DNA of 64,000 nucleotides, from the sequence record OQ938541.1; one strand, 5' to 3'. Below, one piece after another: positions 1 through 9,867 of the stretch; position 1 is the first letter of the stretch, and each line of letters opens with the position of its first letter. The notes beneath the pieces were generated by a model. The model had not been told where the DNA came from. It searched no databases and saw only the letters and a program-made list of their open reading frames with translations. A program made the translations under genes and the position numbers. Origin of the DNA: Escherichia phage vB_EcoP_PE006.

Positions 1-762
1 CCTATTGAGGTACAAACCCCTCGTGGTATGGTTCAGGTAAATCCGAAACAATTACCAGCTCGTCACAATCTTCAAGTAGTTGTAGCTATCTCTCCTAATG
101 AGAAAGCAGAACGTGCACAGAAACTGATTAGCTTGAAACAGCTGATTGCAGCAGATGCACAGTTAGCACCTCTCTTCGGTTTGGAGCAAGACCGTTACAT
201 GACTGCACAGATCTTTGAGTTGATGGGTATTAAGGACACTCATAAATACTTACTGCCTCTGGAACAGTATCAGCCTCCTGAGCCGTCTCCGATGGAAATC
301 CTCCAGCTCGAGATGACTAAAGCGCAGGTTGAGAACGTACAGGCTTCTTCTCAGAAGATGATTGCTGATGCATTCGACCAGCGTGAACGTACTACATTCG
401 AACAGCAGAAAGCTGCGGATGAATTAAGTCTGCGTCAGGAAGAGTTGCAGTTCAAGCAAGAAAATGCAGCAGATGCTATGACTCTGGAAAACCGTAAAGA
501 AGATAACAATGCAACTCTGGAACAAGCTAAGCACAAGTTAGCTCTTATGCAACAGCAGGTCCGTCAGTATGAGTCTGTACTGAAAGAATTGCAGATGGTT
601 ATGGAGCATCAGGTTGACCAAGAGAAGATTGTTCAGCAAACTCGTGTTCAGGATAAAACTTTGGAACTCCAGAAGAAAGAAGCAAATGTAACTAAGAAAG
701 AGCAACAAGCTTCTCTCAAAGATTCACGGATTCCAGGCAAACGTCTTGGAAGTAAAAAGTAA
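1..762 (+). CDS. 3' part of a morphogenesis gene whose start lies upstream of the window (possibly portal protein C-terminus)
   Basis: Frame is open from nt 1 (PIEVQTPRG precedes the first ATG at 28); Q/E-rich coiled-coil tail; sits immediately upstream of scaffold and capsid genes. Confidence 0.4.
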   Translation, partial: PIEVQTPRGMVQVNPKQLPARHNLQVVVAISPNEKAERAQKLISLKQLIAADAQLAPLFGLEQDRYMTAQIFELMGIKDTHKYLLPLEQYQPPEPSPMEILQLEMTKAQVENVQASSQKMIADAFDQRERTTFEQQKAADELSLRQEELQFKQENAADAMTLENRKEDNNATLEQAKHKLALMQQQVRQYESVLKELQMVMEHQVDQEKIVQQTRVQDKTLELQKKEANVTKKEQQASLKDSRIPGKRLGSKK

Positions 763-771
763 GGACGTCGA

Positions 772-1008
772 ATGAACATTAGGCATCAATTCAATAAAGA
801 GCACGCCGCCGCTTTGGCGGCTCTCAATCTTAACGGCAGTCTTGACGCAGCATTAGAGGCATTGAAAGAAAGACTCATGACAGAGATAGTTCAAACTGAA
901 CCTCATGAGAATAAGAAACGCGAAGATTGTTATCAAAAGTATAAAATGGTGGGTAGCTTAAAAGAGGTCATAAAAGCTGCTATCAATAGTGCAGGAGATG
1001 TTTCATAA
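772..1008 (+). CDS. hypothetical small protein
   Basis: 78-aa ORF with AAGGA Shine-Dalgarno; stop overlaps the next start. Confidence 0.4.
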   Translation: MNIRHQFNKEHAAALAALNLNGSLDAALEALKERLMTEIVQTEPHENKKREDCYQKYKMVGSLKEVIKAAINSAGDVS

Positions 1009-2093
1009 TGCCACAAGATAATTATATTGACCCGAACGATTTTAAATCTTTCCTCCAACTGGATGACCTGAAAGGTTCTTTTAAAGAAGAGCTTGGTCGA
1101 TTAGAATCTGAACAAGAACCAGAAGTGGACATTGACGATGAGTTCCCGGAAGATACCGGTGACAATTTCGACTTTGATACCGACCTTCTCGGTGAAAGCG
1201 ATGAGCTTAAGTTCGAAGATGAAGATGGTTGGGAAGATCATGATGAGGAAGGCGAAGTCGAAGAAGATGGGGATGACTCTGATGAAGGTGATGAAAACAC
1301 TGAAGTAGAAGAGGAAGACTCAAGCGATGCAGGATATGAAGATGATTCTGCTGACGGTGATGGTGAGGTCTTTGATGTAGACTACGAAACCGTTATCACC
1401 CTTCCTGATGGACGTGAGATGACTATTGAAGAACTCTCCAATGGCTATCTTACTGGTGCTGACATGACAGAACGAGAAACAACTCTTCAGCGTCATATGG
1501 AAGCATTTGAGGAACGTGTAGTAGGTTTGAAGGATGTATTAGAATTAGCGTCTTTAGAAGCAGACCGAGTAATTGAAGATTACAACGGATTTGATTGGGA
1601 CAAGCTTGCAGTAGAAGATCCTCAAGCATATGTTGAAAACAAACGTTTCCTAGAGAAGTACACAGCTCGTCGTAACCAGCTTGAACAGGCTCAGATGCGT
1701 GTTAAGCAGGAAGCAGCAGCTAAAGAACAGGAAGCTTTCCAAGCCAAGAGTGTTGAGTGCGTTAATATTCTGAAACGTGAGATTCCAAATTGGGATGAAA
1801 ACTTATATCAAAACTTAATGCAATATGCAATTGACTTAGGTGCTACTGAAGAAGAAGTATTGAAGGAAAACCGTCCGTCTATTTTCCTAGCTCTCCACAA
1901 AGCATACCAATTTGATAAAGGTAAGCAGCAGGTGATGGCTAAGATTAAACGTCCCGGTGCTCCACGCAAGGTTGTGAAGTCTGATGCTGCAAAGTCTCGT
2001 ACTTCCAATAAGCCAGACAACGCTAAGGTTGCCAAGGCATTCGCAGAGGGTCGCGTTAGTCACGAAGACGCATTCAAATTCCTCGTAGATTAA
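1008..2093 (+). CDS. putative scaffolding protein
   Basis: Strongly acidic D/E-rich N-terminal half, helical C-terminal half; located between portal-like and capsid genes. Confidence 0.55.
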   Translation: MPQDNYIDPNDFKSFLQLDDLKGSFKEELGRLESEQEPEVDIDDEFPEDTGDNFDFDTDLLGESDELKFEDEDGWEDHDEEGEVEEDGDDSDEGDENTEVEEEDSSDAGYEDDSADGDGEVFDVDYETVITLPDGREMTIEELSNGYLTGADMTERETTLQRHMEAFEERVVGLKDVLELASLEADRVIEDYNGFDWDKLAVEDPQAYVENKRFLEKYTARRNQLEQAQMRVKQEAAAKEQEAFQAKSVECVNILKREIPNWDENLYQNLMQYAIDLGATEEEVLKENRPSIFLALHKAYQFDKGKQQVMAKIKRPGAPRKVVKSDAAKSRTSNKPDNAKVAKAFAEGRVSHEDAFKFLVD

Positions 2094-2134
2094 TCGACAA
2101 ATTAATTATTTAATAGTATAGGAGCTAACATAAC

Positions 2135-3196
2135 ATGGCTAATCCAACTTTATTTGTATCGTATGACCAGAATGGTAAAAAACTTTCTTTTGCTAACTGG
2201 ATTTCTGTTCTGTCCCCTCAGGATACTCCGTTCGTATCTATGACCGGTAAAGAGTCTATCAACCAGACTATCTTTAGCTGGCAGACCGATGCACTGGCAA
2301 GCGTTGATGGTAATAACGCACACGTCGAAGGCTCTCGTGCTGAAGACGGTGAAATGAAACCGACTGTTATCAAGTCTAACGTTACTCAGATTCTGCGTAA
2401 GGTTGTTCGTGTTTCTGACACTGCTAACACCACCGCTAACTACGGTCGTGGTCGTGAACTGATGTATCAGCTGGAGAAGAAAGGTAAAGAGATCAAGCGT
2501 GACCTCGAGAAAATCCTTCTGTCCGGTCAGGCTCGTACCGACGTTCTGGCTGACCAGTATCTGACTAACTCCGCAGCTGATCCGACTCAGATTGGTAAGA
2601 ACGACACCCATGCAGCTCGTAAGACTGGTGCATTCCAGTTCCTGTGTGCTCACGGTGGTCTGGCTGGCGGTGTTGTTGACAAGACCAAGAATGGTCCTGC
2701 TGACCCGGATACCGGTGCAATCACTGTTAAAGTTGCACAGAACGCATCTAACCCGGCTACTAACATCGGCTTTGATGAAGCAGATATCTTTGACATGACT
2801 CTGCAACTGTACACCGCTGGTTCTGAAGCAGATATCATCATGATTAACCCGGCTCATGCTAAGATCTTCGCTGGCCTGCAAGAAAATACTCAGGGTTCAC
2901 GTAAGCGTATCTTTGAGAACACCAAGCAGTTCATCTACGAAGTTAACAGCATCACTGACCCGCTGGGCCAGAGCTACAAAATCATCGTTAACCGTTGGAT
3001 GCCTACCGATGCAGTTTACTTCTTCCGTAGCGCTGACTGGACTCAGATGGTTCTGCGTGCTCCGAAACGTACTGAACTGGCTAAAGACGGTTCTTACGAG
3101 AAGTGGATGATTGAAATGGAAGTTGGTCTGCGTCACCGCAACCCGTATGCTTCCGGTGTTCTGTTCACTGCTGCGGGAAAGGCGGTGGCGGCGTAA
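2135..3196 (+). CDS. major capsid protein
   Basis: 353 aa; strong SD (TAGGAG); highly biased codon usage (GCT/GGT/CGT/GTT); followed by hairpin terminator; position after scaffold gene. Confidence 0.75.
   Translation: MANPTLFVSYDQNGKKLSFANWISVLSPQDTPFVSMTGKESINQTIFSWQTDALASVDGNNAHVEGSRAEDGEMKPTVIKSNVTQILRKVVRVSDTANTTANYGRGRELMYQLEKKGKEIKRDLEKILLSGQARTDVLADQYLTNSAADPTQIGKNDTHAARKTGAFQFLCAHGGLAGGVVDKTKNGPADPDTGAITVKVAQNASNPATNIGFDEADIFDMTLQLYTAGSEADIIMINPAHAKIFAGLQENTQGSRKRIFENTKQFIYEVNSITDPLGQSYKIIVNRWMPTDAVYFFRSADWTQMVLRAPKRTELAKDGSYEKWMIEMEVGLRHRNPYASGVLFTAAGKAVAA
3175..3181 (+). promoter_or_regulatory. -1 programmed ribosomal frameshift slippery heptamer G_GGA_AAG
   Basis: GGGAAAG sits 4 codons before the capsid stop; the -1 frame is open from here to 3723 and has no start codon before 3280. 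Confidence 0.5.
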
Positions 3197-3723
3197 CAGT
3201 AGATACTATAACTGTTAGTCCTTCGTCGGTTGCAAGCCTTCCGACGGGGGCTACTCAGCAGTTTACAGCTACAGCACAAATGAGTGATAGCTCCACATCA
3301 ACAACTGGATTTGTTTGGTCCGTTGAGGGTGGTGGGGCTATTTCTGTTTCTGGACTGTACACTGCACCGAGTGCGTCGCAAGAAACCCCGATTACAGTGA
3401 AAGCTACTAAAGGTGGTAAATCTGGTACATCTACGATCTCAGCTATTGCTGACCCTGAACCTACCCTTGTTAGCCGAGGTCCGATTTCAGGGAAGGTGGG
3501 TGGATCAACAACCGCATTCTCTACTATGTTTACAGCAACAAACTCTACCGGAAGTGACTATACTTTTGAGGTAACTCCTCCGGAAGCGGGCACTGTTAGT
3601 GCAGCTGGTCTTTTGACTCTTGCTGATACTGCTACGGGTGCAGTCTCTGTTACAGCTACACACGAGACTAAACCTCTTGTAACAGCCACTTGTGAATTCA
3701 CAGGTGTTACCCCCAAAGCCTAA
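3178..3723 (+). CDS. capsid C-terminal extension made by -1 frameshift (two Ig-like Big_2-type domains)
   Basis: -1 frame translation continues KGGGGVTVDTITVSPSSVASLPTGATQQFTATAQ..., Big_2-like strands; the ATG at 3280 lies mid-domain. Confidence 0.5.
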   Translation, partial: KGGGGVTVDTITVSPSSVASLPTGATQQFTATAQMSDSSTSTTGFVWSVEGGGAISVSGLYTAPSASQETPITVKATKGGKSGTSTISAIADPEPTLVSRGPISGKVGGSTTAFSTMFTATNSTGSDYTFEVTPPEAGTVSAAGLLTLADTATGAVSVTATHETKPLVTATCEFTGVTPKA

Positions 3724-3728
3724 AACTA

Positions 3729-3758
3729 AAGCTGCCTTCGGGTGGCTTTTCTTGTTTT
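3729..3758 (+). terminator. rho-independent terminator after capsid gene
   Basis: AAGCUGCC-UUCG-GGUGGCUU stem-loop (with G-U pairs) followed by UUCUUGUUUU. Confidence 0.6.
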
Positions 3759-3780
3759 AAGACCTATACAAGCTAGTGTG

Positions 3781-3789
3781 TAATGTATA
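3781..3789 (+). promoter_or_regulatory. TAATGTATA promoter-like element
   Basis: Exact TAATGTATA 34 nt upstream of the ATG at 3823, just downstream of the terminator. Confidence 0.45.
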
Positions 3790-3822
3790 TTCTTTGTCTA
3801 CATATAACAAGGAGGACAACCT

Positions 3823-4575
3823 ATGGCGATGCCTGAAGTGCAAAACCCGATTAACACGTATGGCTGGCTTAAGAAAGCTGTTGCCTTGTGGGCCGATCGA
3901 GACGATGATGAATTTGTTAATCAAATTCCAAACTTTATTAACTTTGCAGAGAAAGAGATTTATCGTAACTTACGTATCCCTCCTCTGGAAAAAGAAGTGT
4001 ATTTAGATATTAAAGATGGAGTAGCTTACATTCCTCCTGATTACTTAGAAGCTCAGTGGATGATGAGAGCCAAAGATGGTACAATCTTCCAAGTAACATC
4101 TCCTGAAGAGATTAGCTATCGTAGACAGCATGGAACAATTAACCCATCTCACTGGAATAACCAACCTGTTAACTTTGCTCGTTTCGGTAGTCGTTTCATT
4201 TTCTACCCTAGTATTGAAGCAGATACTCCTGTTTATCCTGATGATGGAAGTCCTTTGATTCCAGCAGAAAACTCAGTCATTCTTAGCTATTATGCAGACC
4301 CACCGGAGTTCCATGAAGATACAGATACCAGCGCTATTCTTACTATTGCACCAGAACTTCTTCTGTATTTCACTCTACGTCATGCTTGCTTGTTTGTTCA
4401 AGATGATAACGGAGTTCAGAAATGGTCTGCATTAGGAAAAGCTATCCTTGATGAAATGGTAGAGCAGAATAAGAAACAAGAGTACTCAGGTTCACCTATC
4501 GCAATTCCGAATAACATGACTCGACTTCAGAGCAGCTTGCCTGACATTTATGGTATTCGTACTTCTCGTGTATAA
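3823..4575 (+). CDS. hypothetical virion protein
   Basis: 250-aa ORF with AAGGAGG SD, first gene after the capsid terminator and promoter element. Confidence 0.5.
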   Translation: MAMPEVQNPINTYGWLKKAVALWADRDDDEFVNQIPNFINFAEKEIYRNLRIPPLEKEVYLDIKDGVAYIPPDYLEAQWMMRAKDGTIFQVTSPEEISYRRQHGTINPSHWNNQPVNFARFGSRFIFYPSIEADTPVYPDDGSPLIPAENSVILSYYADPPEFHEDTDTSAILTIAPELLLYFTLRHACLFVQDDNGVQKWSALGKAILDEMVEQNKKQEYSGSPIAIPNNMTRLQSSLPDIYGIRTSRV

Positions 4576-4584
4576 GGAGATAAT

Positions 4585-7365
4585 ATGATCGTTTATAATA
4601 ACCAAGCACCTGATGCAGTGAATAACGTTGGGCAGTTTGGTGCTACTGAAGGCTCTATCGGAGCTTACAAGCAAGCAGCAGAATATGCAGCTGATTCTAA
4701 ATATTGGGCACTGCTAGCGGAGTCTAAGTTTGGTACAATTGATGATTTAATCGCTGAAGTAGAACGTCTATATCAACAAGGTGTTCTGATGAAGCAGGAT
4801 ATTGAAGATCTTAAGCAGGATTTTATAGATCAAGATGCTCGTTTGATGACTCTGATTGCTCAAACTAATGCGGCAGTATCTGATGCAAACAACGCAGTTG
4901 CTTTAATTAATCAGAAACTTATTGAAGTTCAGAAGCAACTCGATGTTCTGTTGGGAATGTCCGTTGACGTAACTACACTTCCTCCGGGAACCCCAGCTAC
5001 TGGTTCTTTTAATCCGACCACTGGTGTAATCTCTTTAGGTATTCCAGAAGGCGATCCCGGAAAGGATGGTTCTGTTAAGGATTTGGATACAGCACCTACC
5101 GGTGTTCCAGAGTTAGGCGACTTAGGTTTCTACGTTGACAAAGATGACAATACTGTCCACAAAACTACTCTAGAGAGCATTGCTAACTTAATCCCATCTG
5201 TTCGTTCTGTTTCTGTTAACGAGGGTCCAGCTCTTGATGGAGAAGTTGCTCTGACAATTAACAAGAATACAGTTGGTTTAGGGAACGTTCTGAACGTTGC
5301 TCAATATAGCCGTCAAGAGATTAACGATAAGTTTGACAAAACTACCAAGACATACCAATCAAAAGCAGAAGCAGATGCTGACGCTCAATATCGTCAAGTT
5401 GGCGAGAAGGTCTTAGTTTGGGAAGCTACTAAGTATGAATTCTATACGGTTGCTGCCGACAAAACACTAACCCCTGTTAAGACTGAAGGTAGAATCCTTA
5501 CTGTTAACTCTCGCTCTCCAGACTCAAGTGGTAACATTGATATCACGATTCCAACAGGAAACCCTTCTCTGTATCTCGGCGAGATGGTAATGTTTCCTTA
5601 TGACCCGACGAAGAATATCTCATACCCAGGGGTTCTTCCTGCCGACGGTCGTCTGGTGTCAAAAGAGTCTGCTCTTGACTTAGGCCCATCTCTTGTTAGT
5701 GGGCAGCTACCTGTTGTCTCTGAAACAGAATGGCAGGCTGGTGCTAAACAATACTTCTCTTGGGGTAAGCTTGCGGATGGCGTAACTGATGCAGATTCCA
5801 CCAATTTCATCAATATCCGACTACCTGACTGGACTGGTGGAGAGGCAATTCGATCTCCAGATTCTACTAAAGACAGATCATATAAAGGTAGTGTTCAGAG
5901 TCAGATACCTTATGTAGTTACCGTCAATAATCAATCTCCTGATGAAGTCACAGGTAATGTCAGCATCACTAAAGAAATGATAGGGGCAGCCAGTTCTGGA
6001 GATAACTCGGATATTACATCATTGACTGGATTGACTACCGCTCTGTCTATCACGCAAGGAGGTACTGGGGCAACTACTAAAGAACAGGCTCGTATAAACT
6101 TGGGGGTTAGCAGCATAGTTAATGACGGTAGTTCACAAACTACCGTAAGCTCTCCAAATGGTAACACCATATTGGCAGTTCCTAATAACGCTGGGCAGTG
6201 GGGGGTTATCCAATGGAACGGGTCATCCTACGACAACGTGCCGCTGAATATCATAGGGGGTGGTACTGGAGCAACAACCCTAACCCAAGCCCGGTCTAAT
6301 TTTGAGGTTGACAGACTAGTTCAAGGGGAAGCAGAAACTGCTCTGTGGAGTGAGGATAGGTCAAATAAAATCGTTCTCTGGGGTACTGATAATAGCGTAG
6401 AGTGGGGTTGTTATGATAATAAAAACGCTAAATGGAATGCCCTCGGGCTAGGAAAGGGTGGTACTGGAGCAACAACAGCATCTGGTGCTAGGACCAACCT
6501 AAACGTCGACAGAGTTAACCAAGAGCCTACTTCTACAAGAATGTGGTCAGCAGATAAAAGTTTTTACTTTTTTGTAAATGACAACAAAGATTGGGGTGTG
6601 TGGGATGCAACTCTGAATAAATCTATCCCTCTCCATATTGACAAAGGTGGTACAGATGCATCTGATCCTTGGACGGCTACCCATAACCTGAAAACATTCT
6701 CTCAGAAAACAGCTCGATTTGTTCCAGGGGACAATCCGTTGGATATTTTTTGGGCAAACTCTTATGGGTTTCTTACAGGACAGTATGAGCAAAGCTTAAC
6801 TGGCCCTTGGATGGATGTTACCAGTTTTGACAACAAAGCAAGGATGCAGTTGATTGGGTTTTATGGTAGCTCACTCGGGACTAGTGGTTTTGCTTACAAA
6901 GTATTTGAGCCTAATGATAATACTTGGCTTCCCACTCGTATTGTAAAAGATTCTGGTAACACCACTATCGACGTTAACGGTTTCATAAAAGCTGCCTCTC
7001 CAATTGTAGACATCTTTCATGATGGAGCTTTTAAAACCAACCACGAAGCAGAGGGCGTTTCTGTAGAACGTATTTCTGTTGGTGAATACCTTGTCACCGG
7101 TTGCTTGGGTACTAATAGTGACAAAGGATGGGGCGGTGTTGATGGAGGGTTTGAAATACCTTTAGATAGGAATAAACAACCTCGAATCTGGCTTGACTAT
7201 GAGATTAAAGAAGATGGGTCTATCCTAGTCAAGACGTATCATAGAGAACACCCTAATGCTCCTAAATTCGCACAGAATATCATAGAAGGTGTATCTGACG
7301 GTGACCCAATTGATATTCCTGCTGATGCGTTCATTTCGGTTCGTGTTGAGATGCCTTCTGAGTAA
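4585..7365 (+). CDS. tail fibre protein with tail-fibre repeats
   Basis: Four copies of GGTGATT..AR.NL.V type repeat (QGGTGATTKEQARINLGV, GGGTGATTLTQARSNFEV, GKGGTGATTASGARTNLNV, KGGTDASDPW), as in side-tail-fibre repeat proteins. Confidence 0.7.
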   Translation: MIVYNNQAPDAVNNVGQFGATEGSIGAYKQAAEYAADSKYWALLAESKFGTIDDLIAEVERLYQQGVLMKQDIEDLKQDFIDQDARLMTLIAQTNAAVSDANNAVALINQKLIEVQKQLDVLLGMSVDVTTLPPGTPATGSFNPTTGVISLGIPEGDPGKDGSVKDLDTAPTGVPELGDLGFYVDKDDNTVHKTTLESIANLIPSVRSVSVNEGPALDGEVALTINKNTVGLGNVLNVAQYSRQEINDKFDKTTKTYQSKAEADADAQYRQVGEKVLVWEATKYEFYTVAADKTLTPVKTEGRILTVNSRSPDSSGNIDITIPTGNPSLYLGEMVMFPYDPTKNISYPGVLPADGRLVSKESALDLGPSLVSGQLPVVSETEWQAGAKQYFSWGKLADGVTDADSTNFINIRLPDWTGGEAIRSPDSTKDRSYKGSVQSQIPYVVTVNNQSPDEVTGNVSITKEMIGAASSGDNSDITSLTGLTTALSITQGGTGATTKEQARINLGVSSIVNDGSSQTTVSSPNGNTILAVPNNAGQWGVIQWNGSSYDNVPLNIIGGGTGATTLTQARSNFEVDRLVQGEAETALWSEDRSNKIVLWGTDNSVEWGCYDNKNAKWNALGLGKGGTGATTASGARTNLNVDRVNQEPTSTRMWSADKSFYFFVNDNKDWGVWDATLNKSIPLHIDKGGTDASDPWTATHNLKTFSQKTARFVPGDNPLDIFWANSYGFLTGQYEQSLTGPWMDVTSFDNKARMQLIGFYGSSLGTSGFAYKVFEPNDNTWLPTRIVKDSGNTTIDVNGFIKAASPIVDIFHDGAFKTNHEAEGVSVERISVGEYLVTGCLGTNSDKGWGGVDGGFEIPLDRNKQPRIWLDYEIKEDGSILVKTYHREHPNAPKFAQNIIEGVSDGDPIDIPADAFISVRVEMPSE

Positions 7366-7374
7366 AACAATAAT

Positions 7375-7393
7375 GCTCCCTTCGGGGAGCTTT
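7375..7393 (+). terminator. hairpin (weak terminator or RNA-stability element)
   Basis: GCTCCC-TTCG-GGGAGC perfect stem with UUCG loop then TTT, directly before the next SD. Confidence 0.35.
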
Positions 7394-7405
7394 AAGGAGA
7401 TTTAA

Positions 7406-9526
7406 ATGTCTAGAGAACTAATGCCTAAATCTGGCATAATGATGCCTCATGTAGTTGTAACCAGAGATGCGGCTGTTGTCGGTGTTTCTACTGTAGATGG
7501 ACAGGCTGGTGCTGTTGACCTTACTGGAAAGTATTTACAGAAAACCGATGCGGCTGCTACATACCAAACTAAAGCAGAAGGTGCATCTAAAGATTTTGTA
7601 CTGGATTCAATTCAACCTATTATGTCTGGTGCTTTATTCAGAGCAGACCCTTGGGTTGTTAACGACACCCCATTCCGATCTACTGGAGCTAACGGTGTAG
7701 AATCAGTTGATATGATGAAAGTAACCCCTGATAACTCAATCAAGATTGGTAGTTATGCCTCTTCAGTTCAAGGTGTAGAGATTCATTCTGCTGGTCGTCT
7801 TCAGGTTGTTGACCAGAATGATTCTGGGGTAGAAACTAAGTATCCGGTTTATTCTAAACGTTATCGTCCTGAGATTGAGGATTTGCCTTTTGCTGCAATT
7901 GGTTCTTATGTTAAAGATTCTAAGGGTCGTACTGTTGGGGTTACTCGTACAGGGATTAACTCTGATATCAAACAACTTACCCAGAAGGTAACTTTCACTC
8001 AACCAGTTACCGTTCCTGATGCAGTTGGGGATTATGATGCAGTTACTTTGAGACAGCTTCGTAATAGTGGTGGCGGTTCTGGTGGTCCTACAATGAGTGG
8101 TATATCTAACTTCGGTATTGGTGATTTCCACTTACGTGACAGTCGAGCTTTTATTCCAGCTTTTGAAGTAGTGTCTGACGGACAGCTTTTGAACCGTGCT
8201 GACTATCCAGACCTTTGGGCATACGCTCAATTGCTGTCTCCTATTGAAGACTCTCTGTGGTTGTCTGATAAATTTCAACGTGGCAGATACTCAAAAGGTG
8301 ATGGTTCTACTACATTTCGTGTTCCGGATAGGAATGGTGTTCAGGAAGGGTCTATTCGGGCTTTATATGGTAGAGGTGATGGTGGCTCTTCTACTACTAA
8401 TGGAGCTATCTTTGATTCAGCTGCCCCTAACATAACAGGCGGTTTTGAAATCGTAACAAACACTACCGTACTTGAGAATGCTGATCTTGAAGGGGCAATA
8501 TTTGGTGCGCGGAAAGGGTACAAATATGCCCAATTGAATACTATTGAACTTCCTTCTTCCGGTGATATATATCCCAAACAGATGCGGATTGACGCGTCAC
8601 GTTCAAGCCCTATCTACGGGGCGTCCTATGACGAGATTATGGGTCGTAACTTTGTAGGTGTTTGGACTATTCGTGCTCATGGTGGATTCACAGCAGCTAA
8701 CACTTCTTGGTCTGTTATTAACAGCGATGCAGATAAACCTAGCAGCGGAACTTCTGTAAGTGGTGGGTCAATTCTCTCCGAGTATAAAATAGGAACTGAA
8801 GTTGAAGGTTATGCGTCTTTTAGGATGGTGGGAACTATCGGTGCTACTTATGCTGCTCGTGTAACCGTTTTTAATAAGTCTTCAGGAGCCAACGAAACCT
8901 TCGATTTTGGAAGTGATGGAAACTTAAACATTCCGGGAAGTTTGCGTACTAACGAAGGTGACGTCATCGCTAAGAGTCAACTGATATCTCAAGGAGGTCG
9001 GATAGTTCTTATAGGTAATAGTAATCAAAGCCAATCTTTTGTTGAATTTAAGAGCAACAATGGTTATACTGTGAATTCAAGAGTTTATTCTGAGCGTGAT
9101 GGCGAACTCACCATATCAACATCTACAGCTGGAGCTAATCAGAAATATTTTCAATTTCTTAAGGATGGTAGTGCTACAAGCTCTGGTGGCTGGATCCACT
9201 CTTCTGATATGAGAATTAAAGAGAATATTAAACCAATAGAAAACCCTCTGGAAAAGATGAAAAACATCAAAGGTGTTTCTTGGAAGCTTAGAAACGGGGG
9301 TAAGATTGGTTTTGGTTTCATAGCTCAAGATGTTGAAGTAGACTTCCCTGATGCGGTATCTATTTCTGGTGATATGGAGATGGAAGATGGGTCTGTAGTT
9401 AAGGGTGTAAGATCGGTTGATACTTATGGTGTTTCCGCCGCTTTACACCACGAAGCTATTCTTGAACTTATGAAACAGATCGAAGACCTTAAGAAAGAGA
9501 TAGCAGAACTTAAATCTGGTAAATAA
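7406..9526 (+). CDS. tail fibre/tailspike with C-terminal intramolecular chaperone (peptidase S74-like) domain
   Basis: C-terminus SDMRIKENIKPIENP...GKIGFGFIAQDVEVDFPDAV matches the SDxRxK ... GFIAQ auto-cleaving chaperone signature. Confidence 0.8.
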   Translation: MSRELMPKSGIMMPHVVVTRDAAVVGVSTVDGQAGAVDLTGKYLQKTDAAATYQTKAEGASKDFVLDSIQPIMSGALFRADPWVVNDTPFRSTGANGVESVDMMKVTPDNSIKIGSYASSVQGVEIHSAGRLQVVDQNDSGVETKYPVYSKRYRPEIEDLPFAAIGSYVKDSKGRTVGVTRTGINSDIKQLTQKVTFTQPVTVPDAVGDYDAVTLRQLRNSGGGSGGPTMSGISNFGIGDFHLRDSRAFIPAFEVVSDGQLLNRADYPDLWAYAQLLSPIEDSLWLSDKFQRGRYSKGDGSTTFRVPDRNGVQEGSIRALYGRGDGGSSTTNGAIFDSAAPNITGGFEIVTNTTVLENADLEGAIFGARKGYKYAQLNTIELPSSGDIYPKQMRIDASRSSPIYGASYDEIMGRNFVGVWTIRAHGGFTAANTSWSVINSDADKPSSGTSVSGGSILSEYKIGTEVEGYASFRMVGTIGATYAARVTVFNKSSGANETFDFGSDGNLNIPGSLRTNEGDVIAKSQLISQGGRIVLIGNSNQSQSFVEFKSNNGYTVNSRVYSERDGELTISTSTAGANQKYFQFLKDGSATSSGGWIHSSDMRIKENIKPIENPLEKMKNIKGVSWKLRNGGKIGFGFIAQDVEVDFPDAVSISGDMEMEDGSVVKGVRSVDTYGVSAALHHEAILELMKQIEDLKKEIAELKSGK

Positions 9527-9532
9527 TCTATT

Positions 9533-9550
9533 GCCCCTTAGGGGGCTTTA
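9533..9550 (+). terminator. hairpin terminator after tail fibre gene
   Basis: GCCCC-TTAG-GGGGC stem-loop followed by TTT. Confidence 0.4.
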
Positions 9551-9619
9551 GTAGTAACTGGAGCTAGTAAGTAATGAAACTAATATATCCCAAGAGGTTA
9601 ATATATAGGAGACACTCAA

Positions 9620-9838
9620 ATGAAAATGATGAAACAAGCTGCATATGGTTTAATCTGTTTAGGTGCAGGTGTTGTGGTGTCAACCGCAGTTCCTGTAAGC
9701 GCAGTTCATCCATTAATAACTGTCCCTGCTCCAGTAGAGAAGCTTAGCTCTCAATGCAAGCAGAGAACAATTCAAAATAACCTAGTTGTTATTTGTCCTG
9801 ATGCTGAATCTAACGCTCTGAGAAAGATACTACCTTAA
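9620..9838 (+). CDS. small membrane/secreted protein upstream of lysozyme (possible holin-like)
   Basis: 72 aa; N-terminal hydrophobic segment LICLGAGVVVSTAVPVSA; SD TAGGAG. Confidence 0.4.
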   Translation: MKMMKQAAYGLICLGAGVVVSTAVPVSAVHPLITVPAPVEKLSSQCKQRTIQNNLVVICPDAESNALRKILP

Positions 9839-9867
9839 TTTAAAGGGACTACAAAAGGAGGTTAGAA

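Noticed and set aside
2150-2881. 243-aa - strand ORF
   Set aside because: Antisense to the major capsid gene; no ribosome-binding site and Cys/Ser-rich composition unlike neighbouring genes. The same applies to other - strand ORFs within 1-25.4 kb.
3280-3723. Independent 147-aa gene starting at ATG 3280
   Set aside because: The Ig-like domain begins about 30 codons upstream of this ATG in the same frame, which is only reachable by -1 frameshifting from the capsid gene.
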